Assembly (NCBI GenBank): GCA_963663545.1
Contig: OY760505.1
Location: 480,001 to 544,000, forward strand
Length of the DNA: 64,000 nt
From: Candidatus Delongbacteria bacterium
GTDB lineage: Bacteria; CAIWAD01
Direction of reading: 5' to 3'
In this document: one piece after another, positions 48,195 through 58,538 of the stretch
Position numbering within the stretch: position 1 is the stretch's first letter
How the letters are laid out: each line of letters opens with the position of its first letter
Notes under the pieces: generated by a model
Seen by the model: the letters and a program-made list of their open reading frames with translations, nothing else
Database searches by the model: none
What the model was told of the DNA's origin: nothing
Translations under genes and position numbers: made by a program

Positions 48195-50906
48195 TTACAG
48201 CAGCGTGGATCCCTCTTGCGCTTGCTCAGACGGGTTCTGCGCATGAGTAGCCGTCAAGGCTCGTGCATCTTGCAGCAATCGCGCAACGGCGCTCAGCAGA
48301 CTGGAAACGGGAAAGGGTTTCTGCAGAAAGCCGCAATTGGCCTGCTGGTGCAACGGATGATCCATCGAACCCGGGTTGAATCCGCTCATGAAGAGCACAC
48401 GGCTCTTGGGACAGTAGTCCAGAAAACTTTGCGCCAATGCATGGCCACTCATGCCGGGCATGACCACATCCGTCAAGAGCAGCTCAAAGTTTGTATCACG
48501 GCTCAGCAACTCCAGAGCGTCGTCACCACTAATGGCACTCTCAACCAGGTAGCCCGCACTCTGCAGCGCCATTACCGTTAGCTTGCGCACTGTGCGTTCG
48601 TCCTCAACGACGAGCAGCCGCTCTCCCGTTCCGTGTGTTACAGCCTCGTCACTTGCGTTCTTGCGTTTGCTGATCTGTCCCTCACTTAGTGGCAGATAGA
48701 TGCTGAAGATCGATCCTCGCCCCTCGGTGCTGTCCACATGCACGAAGCCGTTGTGCTGACGTACAATTCCATAGACCATCGCCAGGCCGAGGCCTGTGCC
48801 ACGACCGATCTCCTTCGTGGTAAAGAAGGGTTCGAAGATCTGTCTCAGCACTTTCTCACTCATGCCGCACCCGGTATCACTGACCCGTAGAAAGACATGA
48901 TCCCCCGGAATCGCCCAGGGATGCTGCTCGCAGAATGAGGGCGAAAAGCTCTCGCGACCCACATTGATTTCAAGATGACCACCGGCGGGCATGGCATCGC
49001 GCGCATTCAGACACAGATTCACCAGAACCTGCTCCAACTGTCCCCGGTCGGCGTGTATCACAAGCTGTTGCTCGATTTGTTTGAACTGCAGCATCACGTC
49101 TTCGCCTAGCACACGCTGGATCATGCGTAAGGCATCCCGCACCACATCACGTAGATCAAGGTGCTCAGTGTTCAGCGTCTGCCTGCGACCAAAAGCCAAT
49201 AGCTGACGGGTCAGAGCGGCTGCGCGCTCAACACTGCGCAGCAGTTCTGTCATGTAGCCGTGTTCCAAACTATGCGGCTGAAGGCTGTCACGGACGAGCA
49301 CCCCATAGCCCTGAATGGCTTGCAGAATGTTGTTGAAATCGTGTGCTACACCGCCCGCGAGCTGACCGATGGCTTCCATCTTCTGTGCCTGTCTGAGCTG
49401 GCTTTCAAGCCGCGCCAGCTCTTGCTCGCTGCGCAAACGCTCGCTGATGTCACGCCCAATACAAAGAATGCGACTCGGTCGTCCTTCGTTGTCATGTAAC
49501 ACGCGACAAACAGATTCCACCTGGATCCACTGGCCGTCGCGATGCTTCAGCGCGGTTACCCCTTGCATCACTTCTGCAGTGCCTGTATCACGAGAATCAA
49601 GCAGACAGTTCATCCAATGGCGTGCAGAAGCATCGGCGCGGTCCTTCCAGCGGCTTCCGACCCACTCCTGAGGCTGATACCCAAGCATGCCTTCAATTGC
49701 AGGATTGACATAAGTGAACACACCACTCTCATCCATCAGCCAAATGAGGTCCAGACTGTTCTCTGCCAGCGTCTGATAACGCTCGCTGCTGCGCCGGGCA
49801 TCCATCAGCGCTTCTTCCAGTGCAGCAGTCATCTCGTTGAATGCCTGTGCTACATCGTGCCAGTCTGCGCCCATTTCCTGCTGGGCAATGCGTCGCCCCA
49901 GCCTGCCTTGTTTCACATCTTGTAGCGCATCTGTGAGACGCCGTCGCATACTCTCGTCCAACACACTGCGTGGGATCGTGGTGAATAGCGTCCACTGCAT
50001 GGCGGGAATTCGCATTGCACTCGCCAGGAGCTCACGGCCCCGTCCGTCGCTCAGCTCCAGACAAATGCTCGAACTCAGTGCAGGATCCGCCAAGTCAATG
50101 TGTTCAAAACCTCCTCCCAGCATGGACATGTGTTCGCGGATCACACTCCCTTCGACCGGGTCGATTCGTTCGCGCACTCGCTCGTGCATCAACAGCAATC
50201 CATCTGCATCGACAACAAAGCTCTCTTGTCCCGGCAGGACGTGACCGCGCAGAATCTCCTCCTCGATCCCCTGTAACGGGAGATCCATGCTCCAGCAGCC
50301 GATAAAAGTATCACCGTGATACAAAGGAATTGAGGCTGAGATAATCAGGCCTTCGCCCGCATAGTCGATGGTGGGCGCTGTCCAGCGGATCTCCCTCTCA
50401 ACGTTGACCTCTGGCGCCACACTTCGCATGGTGTGATACGAAAGCCAGTCGAAGTCTGCGGGGATCGCTTCGCTTACATCAATGAAGGGGTACTGCAGTG
50501 AGGCGTTGGCTGCATCTTGATAATAGACCCAGGCTGTTCCTGGTAGCCGTTGCGATAACTGCTTCAAGTAAGGACCGATTCTGCGCAAGGCAAACAGCCG
50601 ACGGCGCAGATCTTCCGTATCACACAAACGGCAATTCCAGGATACGCTATAGGCCTCAGGAAGTTGCTCGCCGGATCGCACTCGCGCCAGTGTTTGCTGG
50701 TCACGAAAGAAGCCGCTTTCATCCTCGGCATAGTGTTCCTCTGCCAGCCATTCAGCCAGTTCTTTGCTGCCAGCAGATTCGCACTCAAAAAGGACCAGCG
50801 TAACACGGCGTAACTCATGCAGAGCATCCAGAATCCGCTGAATGCGGCTTTCGATACTGAGTGCGGTGAGCTGAAGACGATGAGTGAGCAGCTCCTGTTC
50901 CTTCAT
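48195..50906 (-). CDS. Hybrid histidine kinase (Cache-HAMP-PAS-HisKA-HATPase-REC)
   Basis: WTAPTID (Cache), AFNEM (HAMP), PAS, GVAHDFNN, NARDAM, GTGLGL and LLTDVVMPG. Confidence 0.93.
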   Translation of the reverse strand: MKEQELLTHRLQLTALSIESRIQRILDALHELRRVTLVLFECESAGSKELAEWLAEEHYAEDESGFFRDQQTLARVRSGEQLPEAYSVSWNCRLCDTEDLRRRLFALRRIGPYLKQLSQRLPGTAWVYYQDAANASLQYPFIDVSEAIPADFDWLSYHTMRSVAPEVNVEREIRWTAPTIDYAGEGLIISASIPLYHGDTFIGCWSMDLPLQGIEEEILRGHVLPGQESFVVDADGLLLMHERVRERIDPVEGSVIREHMSMLGGGFEHIDLADPALSSSICLELSDGRGRELLASAMRIPAMQWTLFTTIPRSVLDESMRRRLTDALQDVKQGRLGRRIAQQEMGADWHDVAQAFNEMTAALEEALMDARRSSERYQTLAENSLDLIWLMDESGVFTYVNPAIEGMLGYQPQEWVGSRWKDRADASARHWMNCLLDSRDTGTAEVMQGVTALKHRDGQWIQVESVCRVLHDNEGRPSRILCIGRDISERLRSEQELARLESQLRQAQKMEAIGQLAGGVAHDFNNILQAIQGYGVLVRDSLQPHSLEHGYMTELLRSVERAAALTRQLLAFGRRQTLNTEHLDLRDVVRDALRMIQRVLGEDVMLQFKQIEQQLVIHADRGQLEQVLVNLCLNARDAMPAGGHLEINVGRESFSPSFCEQHPWAIPGDHVFLRVSDTGCGMSEKVLRQIFEPFFTTKEIGRGTGLGLAMVYGIVRQHNGFVHVDSTEGRGSIFSIYLPLSEGQISKRKNASDEAVTHGTGERLLVVEDERTVRKLTVMALQSAGYLVESAISGDDALELLSRDTNFELLLTDVVMPGMSGHALAQSFLDYCPKSRVLFMSGFNPGSMDHPLHQQANCGFLQKPFPVSSLLSAVARLLQDARALTATHAQNPSEQAQEGSTLL

Positions 50907-51044
50907 CGCAGACCTCCGGATCCTCGAAGGAGAATATGCCTTCGGGTTGTGTCACATGGGCCACATGGAGATCAGTGCAGGAGGCGGTGGCTGGCTGAAA
51001 TATAACAGCGCATTTTCTGATCACCGCACGTGCATTTCGCGAAG

Positions 51045-51590
51045 TCAGGGCTTTCTTAGCAGGCGCAAGATCCCTTTTATCGGACAAAACCGCGCCGTTC
51101 TGCGGCAGTAGTCATCGTAGGCTGCGTCGCCAAAAAGCCTACGGCAGTGGGCTTCCTCACCACGTGCCTGCAGATAGTAAAAGAGTGTTGCAAGCACAGC
51201 CGGTGGCAACAGCCACCATTGTCCGGACAAAGTGCCGAAACCTAAGGTCAGCAGGCTGTAGCCCAGGTATTGCGGATGCCGCACCAGGCCGAAGAGCCCG
51301 CGTTGTACGAGTAGCGTTGTCGCGTGATACGGCGCACCGGCAGGTGGGTTACCGTACTTGCGCAACTGGACAAAAGGCAGGAACATTAGCGGTGCGCCAC
51401 AGGCCAGCAGTGTAACACCGGCAACCTTCCAAGCCGGTTGGGCGTGCTCGGCGCGCAGCAAGCGGCTGGCAAAGAACACAGCCACCGTCGTGCCGATAGC
51501 AAGCCAGGCCGACAGGTTCGGGCGGGCCGAAAGCGGTGAATCGATTTGCGGCTGTTCCGTATCTGATTGTTGTGTCACGGTATCACGCAT
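51045..51590 (-). CDS. Isoprenylcysteine carboxyl methyltransferase (ICMT/PEMT) family membrane protein
   Basis: LVQRGLFGLVRHPQYLG and EEAHCRRLFGDAAYDDY. Confidence 0.88.
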   Translation of the reverse strand: MRDTVTQQSDTEQPQIDSPLSARPNLSAWLAIGTTVAVFFASRLLRAEHAQPAWKVAGVTLLACGAPLMFLPFVQLRKYGNPPAGAPYHATTLLVQRGLFGLVRHPQYLGYSLLTLGFGTLSGQWWLLPPAVLATLFYYLQARGEEAHCRRLFGDAAYDDYCRRTARFCPIKGILRLLRKP

Positions 51591-54561
51591 CCTCTTCGGC
51601 TCCAGCCTTCAAAATGATGCCCTGCTGTTTCTGACCGTTCATGCGCACTACTAGCGGTTTCTCGAAGCGCAAGTGTCTCACGAAAGGTGTGCGGGCGTAC
51701 TCAGGCTGCGCCGTGATCCACTTCCAGTCGAGCTGCTCTTCTTCCTCCTGATCTGGATTGCAAGTGAAGTAGCCGATGCCAAGCGAAGTGAGATTCTGGA
51801 AGAAATGGCTCCCCTGGCTGGGTTCCACAATCATGTCGCGGAAACCGCTTTCCACAATCACGCGTGCGCCGTTAATGTGATCCCACTTCACGGGAATGCC
51901 CAACCACGGATCGGCGGAGCCCCAGCGACCGACGCCGATGAGAATGTAGTGGCGCCCTTCCTTCGTAAGACTCTTGTTCAATTGGGCTACTTGCTCAGCC
52001 ACTTCGCGCGTATGTTTGCGCTCAAAGACCTCGACATCCACGACCACCAGATCGTACAAGTCTTCCATCTTGCCGGCACCCAACACACGGCCGCTGCGGC
52101 AGAGCACCTGTTCTGGTGCTACATCATCCAGGTTCAGCTCAGAGAGCTCACGCGCCAACACCATCGGACGCATTTGTAACACGCTGAACTCTTTGGCCTC
52201 GCCCTTTTCCGGCCAGAGTTGCACGGCGAACTCAATTTCCACCGGACGGCTCATGCCGCGCTCGCCCAGCTTGAGCATGCGATCCACAATTGGGGCCAAG
52301 GGAAACCAGTCGTGTTTGAGCACGCTGGCAAAACTGAGGAAGGGGATGCCCTGCCTTGCCAACCCGTCATAAATGGCTTCGTTGGCCGGATCGTAGACGC
52401 TGGCCAGTGGCGCCAGCACGCCATCCTTCCTGGCGCGTTCCAGCTCTGCGCTCACCAGTTCGTCGTCCTCTTCTGCGAGCTTGGCAGGTTCGATGGCCCG
52501 TTCCCCCAGAGGAAGCGCATAGAAGCTTTTCTGGCTGTACTGCAGCGCCTCTCGCGGGTGCATGAAGAAAGCGCCGTGTCGGGGATGCACCGGACAGAAG
52601 CGCATGACTTCGCCGCCCTGGGCCACCATCTGCCCCATGCCCAACGCCACACTGCAGACGCCGTCTTCCGCGGTGGCGGGTTCCGCCGGATAGAAATTAT
52701 GACTGCGTGCTACACCGGCCATGGTGGGATAGAAAAGATCGTCGTGTTTCTCGCCTTGAACCTTCTGCACAATGACGGCCATTTTCTCTTCTTCGATGCG
52801 ATAGGGCGTAGCCGAGATGTAGCCCTTGGCCTGCTGTGAGTAAGTACTGGCGAATACCAGCTTGACCGCGTCCACCAGCTGCCGCAGTCGCTCTTCGGGG
52901 TCCGGATGGTCATTGGCGAGCATCACGGTGCGGTAGATGCCAGCGAAAGGCTGGTACTGGCTGTCCTCCAGCAGACTGCTGGAGCGCACCGCCAGCGGAT
53001 AATCCATCAGCTCTACCAGCCGTTGCAGGTCGATCATGAACAGGTCGGGAAAAACACCCTCCAGGAAGCGCGCGCGAATCTCTTCATCCTGCTCGCATTC
53101 GATGGCGAACTCCTGCAAATCGTTGAGCTCCATAAACTGGTCGAAAACCTCAGTGCAGAGGACGACGGCCGGTGGCACCGTGATACAAATATCCTCATCG
53201 TACTCGCGCAATCCGGCCTTGTTGATCAGATGTCTCACAAAGTTGATGCCGCGCGCCTTGCCGCCCATGCTGCCGCCGCCGATCTGCGCCAGACTGTTGC
53301 CCGGGTCGAAGTGCTCGGGACTGAAATCGGCCACCACCTGACGACTACGTCCCTGCCGATAATCCCGCAGGGCCTGGATGAGGTAGTCGCGCACTTCGCC
53401 GATGCTGGACCAATCGCTGATTTGTCGAGGTTGCAAGGCCCGTGCCAGGCTGAACTCGGTGCGCGCGCGTAACCATTTGCTGAAATGGCCGCGTGAGGCA
53501 TGATAGTGCAGGCTGACTTCGGGGATCTCCGCCAGCCGCTTCTCCAGACTGTGCAGATCGCTGACCCGCGCAATCTCGCTGCCGTCGGGCAGACGAAAGA
53601 CAAAATCGCCGAAACCAAAGTTGTCGCGCATGAAATGTCTCACGCTGCGCAGCAGATTGGTACTGCCTTTGCGCACGCCCTGGACTTCCAACTCCGCGGC
53701 CAGCTTCTTGACGAAGGGCTGATTGGATTGCAGCAGAATGGGTAGTTCGGGCACGCGAGCACGCATGGCACGAATGAGCCGCGCCCCCGCTTCGTGATCC
53801 ATTTCGCCTTCGCGGTTGAACTCCAGATCGGTGATGACACCCAGCAGGTGCGTGTGATACTTCTCGAACACCGCCCAGGCTTCATCGTATGTAGTACACA
53901 GCAGAATCTTGGGACGCGCGCGCGCGCGGATCATCTTGTGCGCGATGTTCATGCCCTCGCTGATCAGACTCTGGCTCTGTCGCACGATCTCCGTGTAAAT
54001 GCTGGGCAGGTAGCTGGAATAGAAGCGAACGTTGTCCTCCACCAGCAGCACCGCCTGCACGCCCATTTCCAGAGTGTCGTGCTCGATGTTGAGCTGGTCC
54101 TCGATGAGCTTGATGATGGCCAGCATGATGCTGAAATCGCCCTGCCAGATGAAGACGCGATCGATATGTCTCACATCTTCGTGTTCCATGATATCCGTCA
54201 GGTGCCGATTGTCGTAGGTGAGCAGAGTAATGGGAATTGTAACACCGCGCACACGCAGTGCTGTGGCCAGTTCCAGCGCGGTCATATCGCCCACGTTCAT
54301 GGTCATCAGCACCATGTCATAGGGGAATTCGCCCGCCTTCTCCGCATCGGCAATAACATCGCTGGCGCGACTGCGTCGGGTCAGCGAAGGACTGGTGTAC
54401 AGGTTGAGATTGGCGAACTCGCTGGTAATCAGCTCCTGCAGCTGCCCGTCCTGAGCCAGAATGAAGGCGTCGTACAGACTGGCGACCAGCAGAATGCGGT
54501 TGACGCGGTGCTGGATCAGGTTTTGAAAATCAGCAATGGAGTCGTGGTGTGGCGCGGCCAT
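51583..54561 (-). CDS. Receiver-domain / PEP-pyruvate-binding (PPDK_N ATP-grasp) fusion protein
   Basis: Two REC-like domains (ILLVAS.., VLLVEDN), GGKARG, LAVRSSSLLEDS, FAGIY, VEIEFA, GRWGS and SQGSHFFQNLTS. Confidence 0.88.
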   Translation of the reverse strand: MAAPHHDSIADFQNLIQHRVNRILLVASLYDAFILAQDGQLQELITSEFANLNLYTSPSLTRRSRASDVIADAEKAGEFPYDMVLMTMNVGDMTALELATALRVRGVTIPITLLTYDNRHLTDIMEHEDVRHIDRVFIWQGDFSIMLAIIKLIEDQLNIEHDTLEMGVQAVLLVEDNVRFYSSYLPSIYTEIVRQSQSLISEGMNIAHKMIRARARPKILLCTTYDEAWAVFEKYHTHLLGVITDLEFNREGEMDHEAGARLIRAMRARVPELPILLQSNQPFVKKLAAELEVQGVRKGSTNLLRSVRHFMRDNFGFGDFVFRLPDGSEIARVSDLHSLEKRLAEIPEVSLHYHASRGHFSKWLRARTEFSLARALQPRQISDWSSIGEVRDYLIQALRDYRQGRSRQVVADFSPEHFDPGNSLAQIGGGSMGGKARGINFVRHLINKAGLREYDEDICITVPPAVVLCTEVFDQFMELNDLQEFAIECEQDEEIRARFLEGVFPDLFMIDLQRLVELMDYPLAVRSSSLLEDSQYQPFAGIYRTVMLANDHPDPEERLRQLVDAVKLVFASTYSQQAKGYISATPYRIEEEKMAVIVQKVQGEKHDDLFYPTMAGVARSHNFYPAEPATAEDGVCSVALGMGQMVAQGGEVMRFCPVHPRHGAFFMHPREALQYSQKSFYALPLGERAIEPAKLAEEDDELVSAELERARKDGVLAPLASVYDPANEAIYDGLARQGIPFLSFASVLKHDWFPLAPIVDRMLKLGERGMSRPVEIEFAVQLWPEKGEAKEFSVLQMRPMVLARELSELNLDDVAPEQVLCRSGRVLGAGKMEDLYDLVVVDVEVFERKHTREVAEQVAQLNKSLTKEGRHYILIGVGRWGSADPWLGIPVKWDHINGARVIVESGFRDMIVEPSQGSHFFQNLTSLGIGYFTCNPDQEEEEQLDWKWITAQPEYARTPFVRHLRFEKPLVVRMNGQKQQGIILKAGAEEDA

Positions 54562-54642
54562 GTATCACTTGCCTCTGCGGATGGATTTGCTTTGTATCAC
54601 GTCGGTCAAAGGTAACAATTGCGGCGCTTGCGGCGCTTGAGC

Positions 54643-54672
54643 AAAACGGGGGACGACACAGTCGCCCCCCGT
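54643..54672 (-). terminator. Rho-independent terminator after gdhA
   Basis: ACGGGGG(A)CGAC-aca-GTCGCCCCCCGT stem, followed by TTTT on the minus strand. Confidence 0.7.
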
Positions 54673-54696
54673 CGGCATATAAGGAGCATGTCTAGG

Positions 54697-56055
54697 CTAG
54701 ACAATACCCTGAGCAATCATGGCGTTGGCCACCTTGACGAAGCCGGCGATGTTGGCGCCGTCGACGTAGTTGACCCAACCGTCGCGGGTGCCGTACTGCA
54801 CGCACTTGGAGTGGATACCGGCCATGATCTCGGCCAGCTTGCGATCCACTTCTTCGCGCGTCCAGGGCAGACGCATGGAATTCTGGCTCATCTCCAGTGC
54901 GCTGGTGGCCACACCACCTGCGTTTGCGGCCTTACCGGGGCCGTAGAGCAGCTTGTTCTCAAGATAGATCTCGATGGCTTCCGGCGTGGAAGGCATGTTG
55001 GCACCTTCGCTGATGACGCGCACACCGTTGCGAACGAGGTTGGCGGCGTCCTTGCCGTTGATCTCGTTCTGGGTGGCACTTGGGAAGGCGGCGTCGGCCT
55101 TGTGGTCCCACAGCGGGTTGAAGTCGCGGCTGGCATCCAGCTGCGTGAAGACGGCACTGGGATACTTGTCGGCGTACTCTTTGATGCGTCCGCGACGTAC
55201 GTTTTTCAGCTCCATGAGGAAGGCCAGCTTCTCGCGATCGATGCCCGCCTCATCATAGATGTAGCCCGAGCTGTCCGAAGCCGTGACGGCCTTGGCGCCC
55301 AGATCAATCAGCTTCTCAATGGTGTACTGGGCCACGTTGCCGCTGCCGGAAACCAGCGCGGTCTTGCCCTCGAAGCTCTGGCCGTTGGCCTTGAGCATCT
55401 CGTTGGCGAAATACACGGCGCCGTAACCGGTGGCTTCCGGACGAATGAGGCTGCCGCCCCACTCCAGGCCCTTACCCGTCAGAACGCAGGTGAACTCGTT
55501 GGCCAGCTTCTTGTACATGCCGAACATGTAGCCGATCTCGCGACCGCCCACGCCGATGTCGCCAGCGGGAACGTCGGTGTCCGGGCCGATATGACGGAAG
55601 AGCTCCGCCATGAAGGCCTGGCAGAAACGCATCACTTCCATGTCGGATTTGCCGTGGGGATCAAAATCGCTGCCGCCCTTACCGCCACCGATGGGCAGAC
55701 CGGTGAGGCTGTTTTTGAAGATCTGCTCGAAGGCGAGGAACTTCAACACGCCCAGGTTCACCGTCTTGTGGAAACGCAGGCCACCCTTGTAGGGGCCGAT
55801 GGCCGAATTCATCTCGATGCGGAATCCACGATTTACCTGGATTTCGCCTTTGTCATCCACCCAGGGGACCCTGAAGGTGAGCAGACGCTCGGGCTCAACG
55901 ATGCGCTCGAGCACTTTATGTTGCCGGTATACAGGATGCTTGTCGAGGAAGGGCATCAGCGAAGCGACGACTTCTTCAACTGCCTGCAGAAACTCGGGCT
56001 GATGCGGATCGCGCACCTTCACGTTTTCCATGAAGGCTTGCACGTTGTTGGACAT
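54697..56055 (-). CDS. gdhA: Glutamate dehydrogenase (NADP-type GdhA)
   Basis: GPYKGGLRFH, GGGKGGSDF, VPAGDIGVG, RPEATGYG, VSGSGNVA, SDSSG and GKAANAGGV. Confidence 0.97.
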   Translation of the reverse strand: MSNNVQAFMENVKVRDPHQPEFLQAVEEVVASLMPFLDKHPVYRQHKVLERIVEPERLLTFRVPWVDDKGEIQVNRGFRIEMNSAIGPYKGGLRFHKTVNLGVLKFLAFEQIFKNSLTGLPIGGGKGGSDFDPHGKSDMEVMRFCQAFMAELFRHIGPDTDVPAGDIGVGGREIGYMFGMYKKLANEFTCVLTGKGLEWGGSLIRPEATGYGAVYFANEMLKANGQSFEGKTALVSGSGNVAQYTIEKLIDLGAKAVTASDSSGYIYDEAGIDREKLAFLMELKNVRRGRIKEYADKYPSAVFTQLDASRDFNPLWDHKADAAFPSATQNEINGKDAANLVRNGVRVISEGANMPSTPEAIEIYLENKLLYGPGKAANAGGVATSALEMSQNSMRLPWTREEVDRKLAEIMAGIHSKCVQYGTRDGWVNYVDGANIAGFVKVANAMIAQGIV

Positions 56056-56345
56056 GGTTCGTCTCCTTGTTTGAACCTCTATCTGTACTACTGGGCGGTG
56101 GGGCAGCGGACCCCTAGCGACCAGTCGAATGCTCCTTTCCTTTTCCCCGTATGCGTGGTCAGGCGCATACGTCCGTGGTGTGCATCACTGCGGCCCGTAT
56201 TGCAGGGAGGCCGAAATGATAGTGACGGCTTGCAAGTTGTCGGGGTTGTCGCGGAAGGTCAAGCAGAAAAAGGGGGGCTGTTTACGCAAATTTCATGATT
56301 TTCGTGTTATTCTTTCATGATTTCAGAAAACAGAGTCGACCGAGT

Positions 56346-56380
56346 AAAAAGGGTCGTGACACAACAGGTTCACGACCCTT
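56346..56380 (-). terminator. Rho-independent terminator between the gdh paralogs
   Basis: AAGGGTCGTGA...TCACGACCCTT stem, followed by TTTTT on the minus strand. Confidence 0.75.
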
Positions 56381-56501
56381 CGTAGGCTGCTTGAACAAGG
56401 TCAACGAAATCGACCCTGTCTTTCGCCCGGCGAGCCAAAACTCAGCCGCGGCGTGGAAAGCGGATCAGGCAGGGGCTTGGAATACCCGATCCGGAAAAGG
56501 A

Positions 56502-57845
56502 CTAGACCAGCCCCTGATCCAGCATGGCACCGGCGACCTTCAGGAAACCAGCAATGTTGGCACCCTGAATGTAGTTGCCCTTCTGGCCGTACTTCTCGGC
56601 TGCGTCGTAGCAGTCGGCGTGAATGCGGACCATGATCTCTTTCAGCTTGGCATCAACTTCCTCGCGGCTCCAGTTGAAGCGCATGCTGTTCTGGGTCATT
56701 TCCAGACCGGAAGTGGCCACGCCACCAGCGTTGGCGGCCTTGCCCGGGGCGACCATCACACCATTCTTGTGGAAGACGGCGACGGCTTCCGGCGTGCAGG
56801 GCATGTTGGAGGCTTCGACCACGGCGATGCAGCCGTTGTCCACCAAGTGCTGGGCGTCCTTCGCGTCGATCTCGTTCTGAGTGGCGGAGGGCATGGCGAT
56901 GTCGCACTTGATCTCCCAGGGGCGCTTGCCCGGGACCCACTGGCAACCGAACTTGTCGGCGTATTCCTTGGCGCTCTTTCCGTACACGGTCCACAGGGTG
57001 CTCATGTACTCAAGCTTCTCGCCCTTGATTCCGTCGGGATCGTAGACGTAGCCGTGCTCGTCACCGATGCTGACGACCTTGCCGCCCAGCTCGTTGATCT
57101 TCTCACAAATGAAGGTGCCGACGTTGCCGTAACCGGAAATGGTCACAGTCTTGCCTTCAATGGTCTCGCCCTTGGTCTTCAGCATTTCCTCGAGGAAATA
57201 CACTGCGCCGTAACCGGTGGCTTCCGGGCGAATGAGGCTGCCGCCCCAGGCCAGGCCCTTGCCGGTCAGAACGCCGGTGAACTCGTTGCGGATACGCTTG
57301 TACTGGCCGAAGAGGTAGCCGATCTCGCGGCCGCCGACGCCGATGTCACCGGCGGGAACGTCGGTGTTCGGGCCGATGTGACGGCACAGCTCGGTCATGA
57401 AGCTCTGGCAGAAACGCATGATTTCAGCGTCGCTGCGACCCTTGGGCTGGAAGTCGCTGCCGCCCTTGCCGCCGCCCATGGGCAACGTGGTCAGGCTGTT
57501 CTTGAAGACCTGCTCGAAGGCAAGGAACTTCAGGATGCTGAGGGTCACGGTCGGGTGGAAACGCAGGCCGCCCTTGTAGGGGCCGATGGCCGAGTTCATC
57601 TCGATGCGATAGCCACGGTTGACGTGAATCTTGCCCTGATCGTCGGTCCAGGGAACACGGAACATCACCACGCGCTCGGCTTCGGTGATGCGCTCAAGAA
57701 TGGCATTCTGCTCGAACTCGGGGTGCTGGGCCAGCACCGGGGCGAGGGACTCAAGCACTTCTTCCACAGCCTGATAGAACTCGGGCTGCGCGGGATTATT
57801 TGCCTTGACTTCGTCAAGCACGCGGGAAATGTACTTATCGGACAT
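56502..57845 (-). CDS. gdhA: Glutamate dehydrogenase, second paralog (possibly NAD-preferring)
   Basis: Same catalytic motifs, but ISGYGNVG and IGDEHG in the cofactor domain. ATG 57845 with AAGGAG RBS. Confidence 0.95.
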   Translation of the reverse strand: MSDKYISRVLDEVKANNPAQPEFYQAVEEVLESLAPVLAQHPEFEQNAILERITEAERVVMFRVPWTDDQGKIHVNRGYRIEMNSAIGPYKGGLRFHPTVTLSILKFLAFEQVFKNSLTTLPMGGGKGGSDFQPKGRSDAEIMRFCQSFMTELCRHIGPNTDVPAGDIGVGGREIGYLFGQYKRIRNEFTGVLTGKGLAWGGSLIRPEATGYGAVYFLEEMLKTKGETIEGKTVTISGYGNVGTFICEKINELGGKVVSIGDEHGYVYDPDGIKGEKLEYMSTLWTVYGKSAKEYADKFGCQWVPGKRPWEIKCDIAMPSATQNEIDAKDAQHLVDNGCIAVVEASNMPCTPEAVAVFHKNGVMVAPGKAANAGGVATSGLEMTQNSMRFNWSREEVDAKLKEIMVRIHADCYDAAEKYGQKGNYIQGANIAGFLKVAGAMLDQGLV

Positions 57846-58319
57846 GGGTCGCTCCTTTGGAATGTACCCTTCCATCCGGCCATGCGGCCGGGCCGATGAA
57901 AAAGCCGCGAATTCCAGTCTTCTCCAGGACCAGAACCGCGGTGACCGATGGGCGTTCGGGACACAGGCCCCGCTCGCAAGAGCAGTACTTCTGACGCGCC
58001 ATTCAGCCACCAATCTGCGGCCTTCAGTCGGATCAGGCGCGCAACCTAACATCCGCCTCTAAGGTGCGCAACACGGCAAGAGGGAAAAAGCGTAAAAAGA
58101 TCAATATTCTGATGTTATTTTAGAATAAAATGAACATAAGTGCAGGTCGAAATTTGTATGCGCGTTAAATATCAAGCTCTTAGCTGAAATACGGAATACG
58201 GCTGGGAATGCGGGAAAAGTACGGGGATCCTCTCCTCCAAACTCGTACTCCTTCGCGTGCGCGAACTCGAGTCCAGCTCGCAAATCATGAACAGCTCCTT
58301 GTATCCCTTGACTCCAGCT

Positions 58320-58442
58320 CCGATTTCGATACCGATCCGACTCGAAGAGTCGGCCCGACGCTTGCGTCGGCAGCGATACCGACAGCGATACCGACAGCGA
58401 TACCGATACCGATCCGACGCTTGCGTCGGCAGCGATACCGAT
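58320..58442 (+). repeat. REP-like cluster: CGATAC/CGACAG hexamer tracts with CCGAC...GTCGG hairpins
   Basis: Hairpins CCGACTCGAAGAGTCGG and 2x CCGACGCTTGCGTCGG, embedded in (CAGCGATACCGA)n. Confidence 0.8.
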
Positions 58443-58538
58443 TTATGGAGAATTCTGCTCGCGCAAAAACAGCTTGTTGCCGCAGCGCGGCATTGGCAAT
58501 TTGTTGGCCGAACCCCCAACATTCCCCGAGGAAGAATC

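Noticed and set aside
54619..57899. Long plus-strand ORFs 54619..56298 and 56295..57899
   Set aside because: Antisense shadows of the two gdhA genes caused by codon bias, with no independent motifs.
58257..58538. N-terminal extension of the SSS transporter (RQRYRQRY...) and small ORFs with IGIGIG/RYRYR tracts
   Set aside because: These are translations of the non-coding hexamer repeats. The real start is ATG 58539 with an RBS.
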